A DNA stretch of 31,278 nucleotides, taken from the NCBI GenBank assembly GCA_035709185.1, contig DASTEX010000321.1:1-31278 (forward strand), read 5' to 3'. This DNA is from Gemmatimonadales bacterium (lineage in GTDB: Bacteria; Gemmatimonadota; Gemmatimonadetes; Gemmatimonadales; GWC2-71-9). The notes below the pieces were generated by a model. It was not told the origin of the DNA and did not search any database. It saw only the letters and a list, made by a program, of their open reading frames with translations. A program made the translations under genes and the position numbers. Shown here in pieces: positions 1 to 8,256 of the stretch; the first letter of the stretch is position 1, and each line of letters begins with the position of its first letter.

Positions 1-128
1 AGGCGGTGCTGCGCCGTCCCCTCCCGCTGCGGCTGCGCCAGCGGCTGACGGCGGTGGGGCTGTTCCTGATCATGGCGCTGATCGTCCTGGCGTTCTCGAA
101 TGACATCAGGCGGTTACTGGGGGTATGA
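1..128 (+). CDS. rseP: RIP metalloprotease RseP, C-terminal fragment (5' truncated by window)
   Basis: Frame from nt 3 reads AVLRRPLPLRLRQRLTAVGLFLIMALIVLAFSNDIRRLLGV*, matching the RseP C-terminal helix ending in NDI; stop TGA 126-128. Confidence 0.75.
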   Translation, partial: AVLRRPLPLRLRQRLTAVGLFLIMALIVLAFSNDIRRLLGV

Positions 129-139
129 CGATGAACCTC

Positions 140-292
140 CCGGTGCCGAGTGCCGGGTGCCGGGTGCCACGTGCGGTTCTGGGTTCTTCGTTCGGTGCCC
201 GTCTGATGTCGTGTGACAAGACCTCTGGGGGTGACCCAGTACCGGGCACCCGGAACCGCCCTGGGCACCAGGCACGGGGCACTTGGAACCGC
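140..292. repeat. Element A: inverted heptamer tandem arrays (CGGGTGC-type left arm, GCACCCG-type right arm) with 40-nt spacer
   Basis: Left 140-198: ccggtgc cgagtgc cgggtgc cgggtgc cacgtgc ggttc tgggttc ttcgttc ggtgc. Right 239-292: gtaccgg gcacccg gaacc gccctgg gcaccag gcacggg gcacttg gaaccgc. Confidence 0.9.
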
Positions 293-321
293 TTGTAGCA
301 TCCCCGAACCGCCGTTATATT
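293..321 (+). promoter_or_regulatory. Putative sigma70 promoter of rpsO-pnp
   Basis: TTGTAG (293-298) - 17 nt - TATATT (316-321). Confidence 0.65.
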
Positions 322-368
322 GCCATGCTACAACAAATTACGATAACGCAGAGCGCAGGTAGCCAACG

Positions 369-629
369 ATGAGTCTCGACAAGCAGAGCGTGATCACCAA
401 GTACCGTGTGGCCGACAACGATACCGGTTCGGCCAGGGTACAGGTGGCGCTCCTGACTGAGCGGATCAACTCGCTCACCGACCACTTCCGAACCCATCCC
501 AAAGATCATCACGGACGGCGGGGCCTGCTCAAGATGGTGGGGGCGCGACGTCGCCTGCTCACCTACCTGAAGCGAACGGATCTGCAGACCTATCGTTCGC
601 TCATCGCCGATCTCGGCCTCAGGCACTAG
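369..629 (+). CDS. rpsO: 30S ribosomal protein S15
   Basis: 86 aa; [50 protein letters not shown] is the S15 signature. Confidence 0.98.
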   Translation: MSLDKQSVITKYRVADNDTGSARVQVALLTERINSLTDHFRTHPKDHHGRRGLLKMVGARRRLLTYLKRTDLQTYRSLIADLGLRH

Positions 630-646
630 TCCGGAGTCGATCTCCC

Positions 647-680
647 AGGGGCGTCCCACCAGGCACAGTGAGACGCCCCT
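647..680 (+). promoter_or_regulatory. Stem-loop in the rpsO-pnp intercistronic region
   Basis: aggggcgtc-c-cac / caggcaca loop / gtg-a-gacgcccct; no U-tract follows. Confidence 0.5.
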
Positions 681-715
681 TGTCGCTATTGGTGTGTCCA
701 AGGATGGTAATTGAC

Positions 716-2797
716 GTGCATCGCATCGAAACCGATTTCGCGGGGCGGAAACTCACGATTGAAACCGGACGCATGGCCAAGCAGGCGGCCGGCTCGGCGG
801 TCATCCGGTTCGGCGATACCATGGTCCTCGCGGCCGTCACGGTGTCCCCCAACATCTCCGCTCTCCCGTTCTTCCCCCTCACCGTCGAGTACAAGGAAAA
901 GACCTACGCCGCGGGCAAGATCCCCGGCGGGTTCATCAAGCGCGAGGGCCGGCCTTCGGAAAAGGAAATCCTGGCCGGCCGGCTGATCGACCGGACCATC
1001 CGCCCGCTGTTCCCCGACGGCTTCCGCAACGAGGTGCAGGTCTTCGTGACGGTCATTTCGGCCGACCAGGAGAATGACGCCGACGTGCTGGGCCTGGTGG
1101 CGGCCTCGGTGGCGCTGAACCTGTCTCCGGTTCCGTGGCAGGGCCCGATCGCGGGAGTCCGGGTGGGCCGGGTGGACGGGCACTGGATCCTCAATCCCAC
1201 CTTCCAGCAGCTGGAGGTCTCTACCGTCGACCTGGTGGTGAGCGGCACGGCCGATTCCATCGTGATGGTGGAGGGCGGCGCCTTGGAGATCTCCGAGCCG
1301 GAAATGCTCGAGGCGCTCAAGGTGGCCCAGCACGGCATCCGCGACCTCATCGCGTTCGTCGGCCGCCTGCCGGCCGAAGCGGCCCATCGCAAGATGAGCT
1401 TCCAGCCGCCGGCCCAGGACCAGGAGCTGATCCGGAAGGTCCGCGAGCTGGCGGAGGAGCGGATGGCGCAGGCGATCAACGCGGGCGACAAGCATGCCCG
1501 CGCCACCGGCATCGCCGAGGTCAAGACCGCGGCGCTCGCCGCCCTGGCCGAGAGCTACCTGGAGCGGGTGCGCGAGGTCGGGGCCGAGCTGGACGACATC
1601 GAGTACCGGGTGATGCGCCGGCAGGTACTGGAAAAGGGCGAGCGGGTGGACGGCCGCGACCTCGATACCGTCCGGCCCATCAGCGTGGAAGTGGGGCTCC
1701 TGCCCCGGGTCCACGGGTCGGCCCTCTTCACCCGGGGCGAAACCCAGGCGCTCGTAGCGGTGACGTTAGGCACCAGCGATGACGAGCAGCGGATCGACAG
1801 CATCGACTTCGCGGGCGAGACCACCAAGTCGTTCATGCTGCATTACAACTTCCCGCCCTACTCCACCGGGGAAGTCAAGCCGATGCGCGGCACCAGCCGC
1901 CGGGAGATCGGGCACGGGGCGCTGGCGGAACGGGCCCTCCAGGCGCTGCTCCCCGCCTTCGAGAGCTTCCCCTACACCCTGCGGGTGGTATCGGAAATCC
2001 TCGAGTCCAACGGCTCGTCCTCCATGGCCACCGTCTGTGGCGGCTCCTTGGCGCTGATGGACGCGGGGGTGCCGATGAAGGCGCCCTGCGCCGGCGTCGC
2101 CATGGGCCTGGTCAAGGAAGGCTCCCGGACCGCCATCCTGACCGACATCCTCGGGGCCGAGGATCACCTGGGCGACATGGACTTCAAGGTGGCGGGGACC
2201 GAGCAGGGGATCACCTCCATCCAGATGGACATCAAGATCACCGGGCTCGACCTGGGCATTCTGGGCCAGGCGCTGGAGAAGGCGCGCAAGGCGCGGCTCC
2301 ACGTGCTGCGCGAGATGGGCAAGGTGCTGAACCGTCCCCGCCAGGACCTCTCGCCTTTCGCGCCGCGGATCATCACCATCCAGATCAAGCCGGAGAAGAT
2401 CGGCGACGTGATCGGTCCCAAGGGCAAGACCATCCGCGGGATCCAGGACGCCACCGGCGCCAAGATCTCGGTGGAGGACAGCGGCCTGGTGACCATCGCG
2501 GCGGTGGGGGGCGAAGCGGGCCAGAAGGCCCGGGACATGGTCGCCGCCATCGTGGCCGAGCCCGAAGTGGGCCGGACCTACGAGGGACAGGTCAAGAGCG
2601 TGGTGCCCTTCGGCGCGTTCGTCGAGATCATTCCGGGCGTCGAGGGCCTGCTGCACATCAGCGAGCTGCAGCACGGACGGACCGAGAAGACCGAGGACGT
2701 GGTGAAGGTGGGCGATACCGTCACGGTGAAGCTGCTTGAGGTAGACGAGCGCGGCCGGATGCGGCTCTCCCGCAAGGCCCTGCTGCCCAAGGCCTGA
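716..2797 (+). CDS. pnp: Polyribonucleotide nucleotidyltransferase (PNPase)
   Basis: GKIPGGFIKREGRPSE, FMLHYNFPPYSTGE, RREIGHGALAERA, ESNGSSSMA and EDHLGDMDFKVAG motifs, then KH and S1 domains. Start placed at GTG 716 (MHRIET) after AAGGA; ATG 704 is an alternative. Confidence 0.97.
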   Translation: MHRIETDFAGRKLTIETGRMAKQAAGSAVIRFGDTMVLAAVTVSPNISALPFFPLTVEYKEKTYAAGKIPGGFIKREGRPSEKEILAGRLIDRTIRPLFPDGFRNEVQVFVTVISADQENDADVLGLVAASVALNLSPVPWQGPIAGVRVGRVDGHWILNPTFQQLEVSTVDLVVSGTADSIVMVEGGALEISEPEMLEALKVAQHGIRDLIAFVGRLPAEAAHRKMSFQPPAQDQELIRKVRELAEERMAQAINAGDKHARATGIAEVKTAALAALAESYLERVREVGAELDDIEYRVMRRQVLEKGERVDGRDLDTVRPISVEVGLLPRVHGSALFTRGETQALVAVTLGTSDDEQRIDSIDFAGETTKSFMLHYNFPPYSTGEVKPMRGTSRREIGHGALAERALQALLPAFESFPYTLRVVSEILESNGSSSMATVCGGSLALMDAGVPMKAPCAGVAMGLVKEGSRTAILTDILGAEDHLGDMDFKVAGTEQGITSIQMDIKITGLDLGILGQALEKARKARLHVLREMGKVLNRPRQDLSPFAPRIITIQIKPEKIGDVIGPKGKTIRGIQDATGAKISVEDSGLVTIAAVGGEAGQKARDMVAAIVAEPEVGRTYEGQVKSVVPFGAFVEIIPGVEGLLHISELQHGRTEKTEDVVKVGDTVTVKLLEVDERGRMRLSRKALLPKA

Positions 2798-2801
2798 GCG
2801 G

Positions 2802-4118
2802 GTGCGGATCGAGCAGCTGGACGAGCGGCTCGTCCGGTACGTCGCGCCTAACGGCCTTCGGGTCCTGACGGAGTCGCTGCCGGGCGTGCGCTCGGCCGCG
2901 GTGGGCCTGTGGGTCCGGTCGGCCTCGGTCCACGAGCCGGCCCACCTGATGGGCATTTCCCACCTGCTCGAGCACATGGTCTTCAAGGGCACCGAGCGGC
3001 GCACGCCCCGCGAGATCGCCCTCGAGCTGGAGAGCCGGGGCGGGTCGCTCGATGCGTTCACCTCCCGCGATCACACCGCCTTCCAGGCCCACGTGCTCGA
3101 TGCCGACCTGCCGGTGGCCATCGAGGTGATCACCGACCTGGTGCGGCGGCCCCTGCTCCGCCAGAGCGACCTGGAGCTGGAGCGCAATGTCATCCTGGAA
3201 GAAATCAGCAGTGTGCACGACGCGCCCGACGATGTGGTCTTCGAGCTGCACGCCCGCGCGCTGTGGCCCTCCCATCCCTACGGCTATTCCATCCTGGGAA
3301 CGGCCGAGACGGTGCAATCGATCACGGTCGACGACCTGCGGGCCACCCATGCCGCGGGCTACTATCCCGGCAACTGCATCATCACCGCGGCGGGCAATCT
3401 CGCCCCCGACCAACTGCTGACGGTGCTGGAGCGCGAAGGCTGGTTCGAGGGCTCCGAGGCGACGCCGCCCCTGCCGCCGGTGCCGTCCACGCCGGCCGCG
3501 CGGGGTGAACGGGTCATGGAGCCGCGCGACAGCCAGCAGTGCCACCTGGTCATCGGCACCGACACGGTGTCCAGCCGGGACCCCCGCCGCTACGGCTTCG
3601 CCCTGATCTCCACCGTCCTGGGCGGCGGCATGTCCAGCCGGCTGTTCCAGCAGATCCGGGAAGAGCTCGGGCTGGCCTACGCGGTGTTCTCCTTCCAGCA
3701 GTTCTACCAGACCACGGGAGTGACCGGGGTCTACCTCGGCACCCAGGCCGAGACGGCCGCCCAGGCCACCGATCTGGTGCTGGGGGAGTGCGGGCGGCTG
3801 GCCCGGGAAGGGCTGCCGGCCGAAGACCTGGTTTCCGCCAAGCAGCAGCTCAAGGGTCAGATCATGCTGTCGCTCGAGAGCCCCATGAGCCGGATGCACC
3901 GGCTGGGCGGCGTGGAGCTGGCCCGCGACCGCTACCGCCGGCTCGACGAAATCCTGGCGGAGATCGACGCCGTGACGCCGGACGAGGTCCGGGCCATCGG
4001 GGAGGAGTTCTTCCACCCCGACCGGCAGACCATCGTGCACCTGGGCCCCTTCGGTCCCCGCATCGTGCGGGACGAGCCCCGGGCGGCCGCGCGCAGCCTG
4101 TCATCCCGCGACGCCTGA
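2802..4118 (+). CDS. M16 family (pitrilysin/MPP-like) zinc peptidase
   Basis: Inverted zinc motif HLLEH (GISHLLEHMVFKGT), GGSLDAFTS, GGGMSSRLFQQIRE; usual position after pnp. Confidence 0.93.
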   Translation: MRIEQLDERLVRYVAPNGLRVLTESLPGVRSAAVGLWVRSASVHEPAHLMGISHLLEHMVFKGTERRTPREIALELESRGGSLDAFTSRDHTAFQAHVLDADLPVAIEVITDLVRRPLLRQSDLELERNVILEEISSVHDAPDDVVFELHARALWPSHPYGYSILGTAETVQSITVDDLRATHAAGYYPGNCIITAAGNLAPDQLLTVLEREGWFEGSEATPPLPPVPSTPAARGERVMEPRDSQQCHLVIGTDTVSSRDPRRYGFALISTVLGGGMSSRLFQQIREELGLAYAVFSFQQFYQTTGVTGVYLGTQAETAAQATDLVLGECGRLAREGLPAEDLVSAKQQLKGQIMLSLESPMSRMHRLGGVELARDRYRRLDEILAEIDAVTPDEVRAIGEEFFHPDRQTIVHLGPFGPRIVRDEPRAAARSLSSRDA

Positions 4119-4145
4119 ACCACGAATCGCGACTTCGAGGAGAAC

Positions 4146-5261
4146 ATGATCATCGGTGTCCCCAGGGAGATCAAAACCAACGAGAACCGGGTTGCGGTGG
4201 TCCCCGCGGGCGTGGAGCTGCTGGTAGGCGCGGGTCATACCGTCTACGTCGAAGCCGGCGCCGGACTCGGCAGCGGGTTCCCCGATGAGGCGTACCAGAA
4301 GGCCGGCGCGCGGCTGCTCACCCCGGCCGAAGAGGTGTGGAGCAAGGCCGAGATGATCGTGAAGGTGAAGGAACCCATCGCAGCGGAATGGCCCCGGATG
4401 CGGCCGGGGCAGGTGATCTACACCTACTTCCATTTCGCGGCGTCGGAAGAGCTGACCCGGGCGGTGCTCGATTCCGGCGCGGTGGCGGTGGCCTACGAGA
4501 CGGTGCAGCTGCCTAACGGCGAGCTCCCGCTGCTCACGCCCATGTCGGAAGTGGCCGGCCGCATGGCGGTGCAGGAAGGCGCCAAGTACCTGGAGAAGGT
4601 CCACGGGGGCCGGGGCGTGCTGCTGGGCGGGGTGCCCGGGGTGGCGCCGGCCGAGGTGGTCATCCTCGGGGGCGGCGTGGTCGGCATCAACTCGGCCAAG
4701 ATCGCGGCCGGCATGGGCGCCCACGTCACCATCCTCGATATCTCGCTCGACCGGCTGCGCTACCTCGACGACGTGCTGCCCACCAACGTCGATACGGTCT
4801 ACAGCAACCGGTACAATATCCTGGACGCGGTATCGCGGGCCGATCTCGTGGTCGGCGCGGTCCTGCTCACGGGCGCCAAGGCGCCCCACCTGATTCTGCG
4901 GGACGATCTCAAGCTGATGAAGCCGGGCGCCGTGGTGGTGGACGTGGCGGTGGACCAGGGCGGCTGCGTCGAAACCATCAAACCCACCACCCACGAGAAC
5001 CCCACCTATTTCGTGGACGGCATTCTCCATTACGCGGTCGCCAACATGCCGGGCGGCGTCCCGCGGACCTCCACCCTGGCCCTCACCAACGCCACCATGC
5101 CCTACGGTCTCAAGCTGGCCCGCTACGGCTGGAAGGAAGCCTGCCGGAAGGACCCTGCGCTCCGGCTGGGGCTCAACGTGGTCGAGGGACGCACGGTGTA
5201 CCCCGGCGTGGCGGAGGCCTTCGGGCTGCCGCTCACCAGCGTCGACGCCGTACTGCAGTGA
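4146..5261 (+). CDS. ald: Alanine dehydrogenase
   Basis: [47 protein letters not shown]; SD GAGGAG upstream. Confidence 0.96.
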   Translation: MIIGVPREIKTNENRVAVVPAGVELLVGAGHTVYVEAGAGLGSGFPDEAYQKAGARLLTPAEEVWSKAEMIVKVKEPIAAEWPRMRPGQVIYTYFHFAASEELTRAVLDSGAVAVAYETVQLPNGELPLLTPMSEVAGRMAVQEGAKYLEKVHGGRGVLLGGVPGVAPAEVVILGGGVVGINSAKIAAGMGAHVTILDISLDRLRYLDDVLPTNVDTVYSNRYNILDAVSRADLVVGAVLLTGAKAPHLILRDDLKLMKPGAVVVDVAVDQGGCVETIKPTTHENPTYFVDGILHYAVANMPGGVPRTSTLALTNATMPYGLKLARYGWKEACRKDPALRLGLNVVEGRTVYPGVAEAFGLPLTSVDAVLQ

Positions 5262-5285
5262 GGGGTGAGGTGTGAGGCGTGAGGT
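5258..5285 (+). repeat. Element F: single heptamer tandem array (GTGAGGN)x4
   Basis: gtgaggg gtgaggt gtgaggc gtgaggt; contains the ald stop (5259-5261) and the in-frame dut GTG (5272). No inverted partner seen nearby. Confidence 0.85.
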
Positions 5286-5730
5286 TGGCGCTCTGCCCGA
5301 CATCATGGTGCGGCGGCTCCCCCATGGCGAGGGGCTGCCCCTCCCGGCGCGCGCCACCGCCGGCTCGGCCGGGTATGACATCGCCAGCGCCGAGGACGCG
5401 ATGGTGGGCCCGCTGGAGCGGCGGCTGGTCCGGACCGGCTTTGCCTTTGCCATCCCGCCCGGTTATGAAATGCAGGTGCGGCCGCGCTCCGGCCTGGCGC
5501 TCCGCCAGGGGCTCACGCTCCCGAACACGCCGGCCACCATCGACAGTGATTACCGGGGCGAGCTGATGATCGCGGTGGTGAACCTGGGCGCGGTCCCGGT
5601 CGAGGTCACCCGCGGGATGCGGATTGCGCAACTGATCATTGCGAAGGTCGAGAGTCCCGCGATGGTCGAAGTGGGGGAACTCCCCGAGACCCCACGGGGG
5701 GACGGCGGGTTCGGCAGTACCGGGACCTGA
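5272..5730 (+). CDS. dut: dUTP diphosphatase (trimeric dUTPase)
   Basis: [23 protein letters not shown] and [10 protein letters not shown] motifs. Exact start uncertain. Confidence 0.96.
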   Translation: MRREVGALPDIMVRRLPHGEGLPLPARATAGSAGYDIASAEDAMVGPLERRLVRTGFAFAIPPGYEMQVRPRSGLALRQGLTLPNTPATIDSDYRGELMIAVVNLGAVPVEVTRGMRIAQLIIAKVESPAMVEVGELPETPRGDGGFGSTGT

Positions 5731-5829
5731 GACTGGCTCCGGTCTCGCGTCTGGCAAACGACTTGCTCTGAACCGGCTCTGCAGCCTCTCGCCGGTTCGG
5801 TGAGGACCCGAGAGACTGCTTAACATGGC

Positions 5830-5858
5830 TTGTCGAAGTGCAAGCCTCATTTTAACTT
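5830..5858 (+). promoter_or_regulatory. Putative sigma70 promoter of the mre/mrd operon
   Basis: TTGTCG (5830-5835) - 17 nt - TAACTT (5853-5858), in an AT-richer patch before mreB. Confidence 0.55.
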
Positions 5859-5886
5859 AGGCGCCAGCCTACCCCTAAGAAACTAA

Positions 5887-6921
5887 ATGAAGTTTCCCTT
5901 CAGCCTGGACCGCCTCCTGCCCGCCAACGAGATCGCGGTCGATCTGGGCACGGCAAATACGCTCATCTATGTAAAAGGCGAGGGAATCGTCCTCAACGAG
6001 CCGTCGGTGGTGGCCATCGAACGCTCGACCGGGAAGATCAAGGGCATCGGCCTGGAAGCCAAACGGATGCTGGGCCGCACCCCCGAAGGCATCATCGCGG
6101 TTCGGCCGCTCAAGGACGGCGTCATCGCCGACTTCGACGTGACCGAGAAGATGCTGCGCTACTTCCTCAAGACGATCATCGACAAGCACCTCTTCCGGGT
6201 GAAGCCCAAGGTGATCGTCTGCGTGCCGTCGGGCATCACCGAGGTGGAGCGCCGCGCGGTGCGCGACTCGGCGGAAACCGCCGGGGCCAAGGAAGTCCTG
6301 ATGGTGGCCGAGCCGATGGCGGCGGCAATCGGGGTGGGCCTGCCGGTCGAGACGCCCACCGGCAACATGGTGATCGACATCGGCGGCGGCACCACCGAGA
6401 TCGCGGTCATCGCGCTCTCCGGCATCGTCTGCGACACCTCGATCCGGACCGGGGGCGACGAGCTCGACCAGGCCATCGTGCAGTTCATGCGGAAGAACTA
6501 CAACCTCCTGGTGGGAGAACCCACCGCGGAGGCCATCAAGATCAAGATCGGTTCCGCCTGGCCGGTGGGCGAAGAGCGCGAGATGGAAGTGAAAGGCCGG
6601 GACCTGGTGTCCGGCATCCCGAAAACGGTCCGGGTGCACTCGGCCGAGATTCGCGAGGCGGTCCAGGAGCCGATCCAGCAGGTGGTGGATGCGGTCCGGC
6701 GGGCGCTGGAAATCACCCCGCCCGAACTCTCGAGCGATATCGTGGACCGCGGCATCGTCATGACCGGCGGTGGCGCGCTCATTCGCGGGCTCGACGTCCT
6801 GCTGGCGCAGGAAACCGGCCTGCCGATCCACGTAGACGAAGACCCGCTCACCTGTGTCGTGCGCGGTACCGGCCGCATTCTCGACGAATTCGACAAGTAC
6901 CGCAGCGTCCTGACGACCTGA
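5887..6921 (+). CDS. mreB: Rod shape-determining protein MreB
   Basis: IAVDLGTANT, RPLKDGVIADF, AEPMAAAIG, DIGGGTTE, GIVMTGGGAL. Confidence 0.98.
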   Translation: MKFPFSLDRLLPANEIAVDLGTANTLIYVKGEGIVLNEPSVVAIERSTGKIKGIGLEAKRMLGRTPEGIIAVRPLKDGVIADFDVTEKMLRYFLKTIIDKHLFRVKPKVIVCVPSGITEVERRAVRDSAETAGAKEVLMVAEPMAAAIGVGLPVETPTGNMVIDIGGGTTEIAVIALSGIVCDTSIRTGGDELDQAIVQFMRKNYNLLVGEPTAEAIKIKIGSAWPVGEEREMEVKGRDLVSGIPKTVRVHSAEIREAVQEPIQQVVDAVRRALEITPPELSSDIVDRGIVMTGGGALIRGLDVLLAQETGLPIHVDEDPLTCVVRGTGRILDEFDKYRSVLTT

Positions 6922-6922
6922 C

Positions 6923-7765
6923 ATGCTCCGCGCGCGTCGGCGCACCGTCCTGCGGCGTGACACCATCCTGTTCGCTGCGTGCATCGGTCTGTCGTTCGCG
7001 GCGCTCCTGCTGCCGTCGCCGGTGACCGGCCGGCTGGCCGTCTCCATCCGCGAAACCGCACTGCTGCCGCTGATCACGCTCCAGCGACTGGCCGAGGAAG
7101 GCCGCACCAGCCGGGCCCGCTATCGCACGGCCGTGGCCCAGCGCGACTCCGCCGCCATGGCGGCCCAGGAAGCGAGCGCGCTCCGGTTCGAGAACGATCG
7201 GCTGCGCGCCCTGCTCGACATCCGGGGCCGCTACGGCAGCGGCTACATCGCGGCCGAGGTGCTGCACCAGACCATGCCGGTGGACGGCCGCACGCTCCTG
7301 CTCTCGGTGGGTTCGCGCCAGGGCGCCCGGGTGTACCAGCCGGTCATTACGGTCGAAGGTCTCATCGGCGTCGTGTCCCGGGTCGGTCCCACCGCTGCCG
7401 TCGCTACCACCTGGGCCCATCCCGAGTTCCGGGTGAGCGCCGTCACCGAAGACGGTTCGGTGCTGGGCATCGTGGCCCCGACGGCCAGCCGGGATCCCAG
7501 CCGGACCGCGCTCGAGTTTCGCGGCGTGGCCTACCGGGACACGGTGCCCGAGGGAACCCGGGTCATGACGTCAGGCCTGGGCGGGGTGTACCCGCGGGGC
7601 ATTCCGGTCGGCATCGTGCAGGGGGTCCGGCGGGAAGAGCAGGGATGGGAGCTCATCTATCACCTGGTTCCCCTGGCTAACCCGGGAACCGCCAGTCACG
7701 TGCTCCTGGTCACCGCCCGGTCGGATGCGAGCGGTCCGGTCCGGCTGACCGACTCGCTGCCGTGA
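6923..7765 (+). CDS. mreC: Rod shape-determining protein MreC
   Basis: N-terminal TM segment, coiled coil ENDRLRALL, VMTSGLGGVYPRGIPVG; follows mreB. Confidence 0.92.
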   Translation: MLRARRRTVLRRDTILFAACIGLSFAALLLPSPVTGRLAVSIRETALLPLITLQRLAEEGRTSRARYRTAVAQRDSAAMAAQEASALRFENDRLRALLDIRGRYGSGYIAAEVLHQTMPVDGRTLLLSVGSRQGARVYQPVITVEGLIGVVSRVGPTAAVATTWAHPEFRVSAVTEDGSVLGIVAPTASRDPSRTALEFRGVAYRDTVPEGTRVMTSGLGGVYPRGIPVGIVQGVRREEQGWELIYHLVPLANPGTASHVLLVTARSDASGPVRLTDSLP

Positions 7766-8256
7766 ACTCCCGCCGCGGTGCCTGGCCGCTCTGGCTGGTG
7801 TTGGGGCTCCTGGTGCTGCTCCATTTCTACCTCCGCCCCCGGCTCTATGCCGGGCGCGGGGCCCCCGACTTTCTGCTGCTGGCCTTGCTGATTGCGGCGT
7901 TCCGGAGCCGGCCCGGCACGGCCGCGGTGGCCGGGTTCATCCTGGGGCTGGTGGAGGACGTGCTGACGCCGGCCCGTTTCGGGGCCGGGATGATGGCCCA
8001 TACCATCGTGGCCTACCTCGCGGCCTGGGGCCGGGCGGTGTTTTTCGCCGATAACCTGCTGGTCAACGCCGGGCTGTTCGCCACCGGGACCATCCTCCGG
8101 AATTTCCTGGTCCTGCTGGTGAGCGGCGGCGGCGCCAGCGCGATCCTCGGGGCGGTATCCTTAATGGGATTGTTGCAGGCGGTGACCACCGCCATTGCAG
8201 GGACGCTGGTGGTGCTGGCCATCCGGCACCGGGTCGATTTCCGGCTGGAAGAATGA
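7762..8256 (+). CDS. mreD: Rod shape-determining protein MreD
   Basis: Hydrophobic 164 aa, PDFLLL and GFILGLVEDVL; GTGA overlap with mreC. Confidence 0.88.
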   Translation: MNSRRGAWPLWLVLGLLVLLHFYLRPRLYAGRGAPDFLLLALLIAAFRSRPGTAAVAGFILGLVEDVLTPARFGAGMMAHTIVAYLAAWGRAVFFADNLLVNAGLFATGTILRNFLVLLVSGGGASAILGAVSLMGLLQAVTTAIAGTLVVLAIRHRVDFRLEE

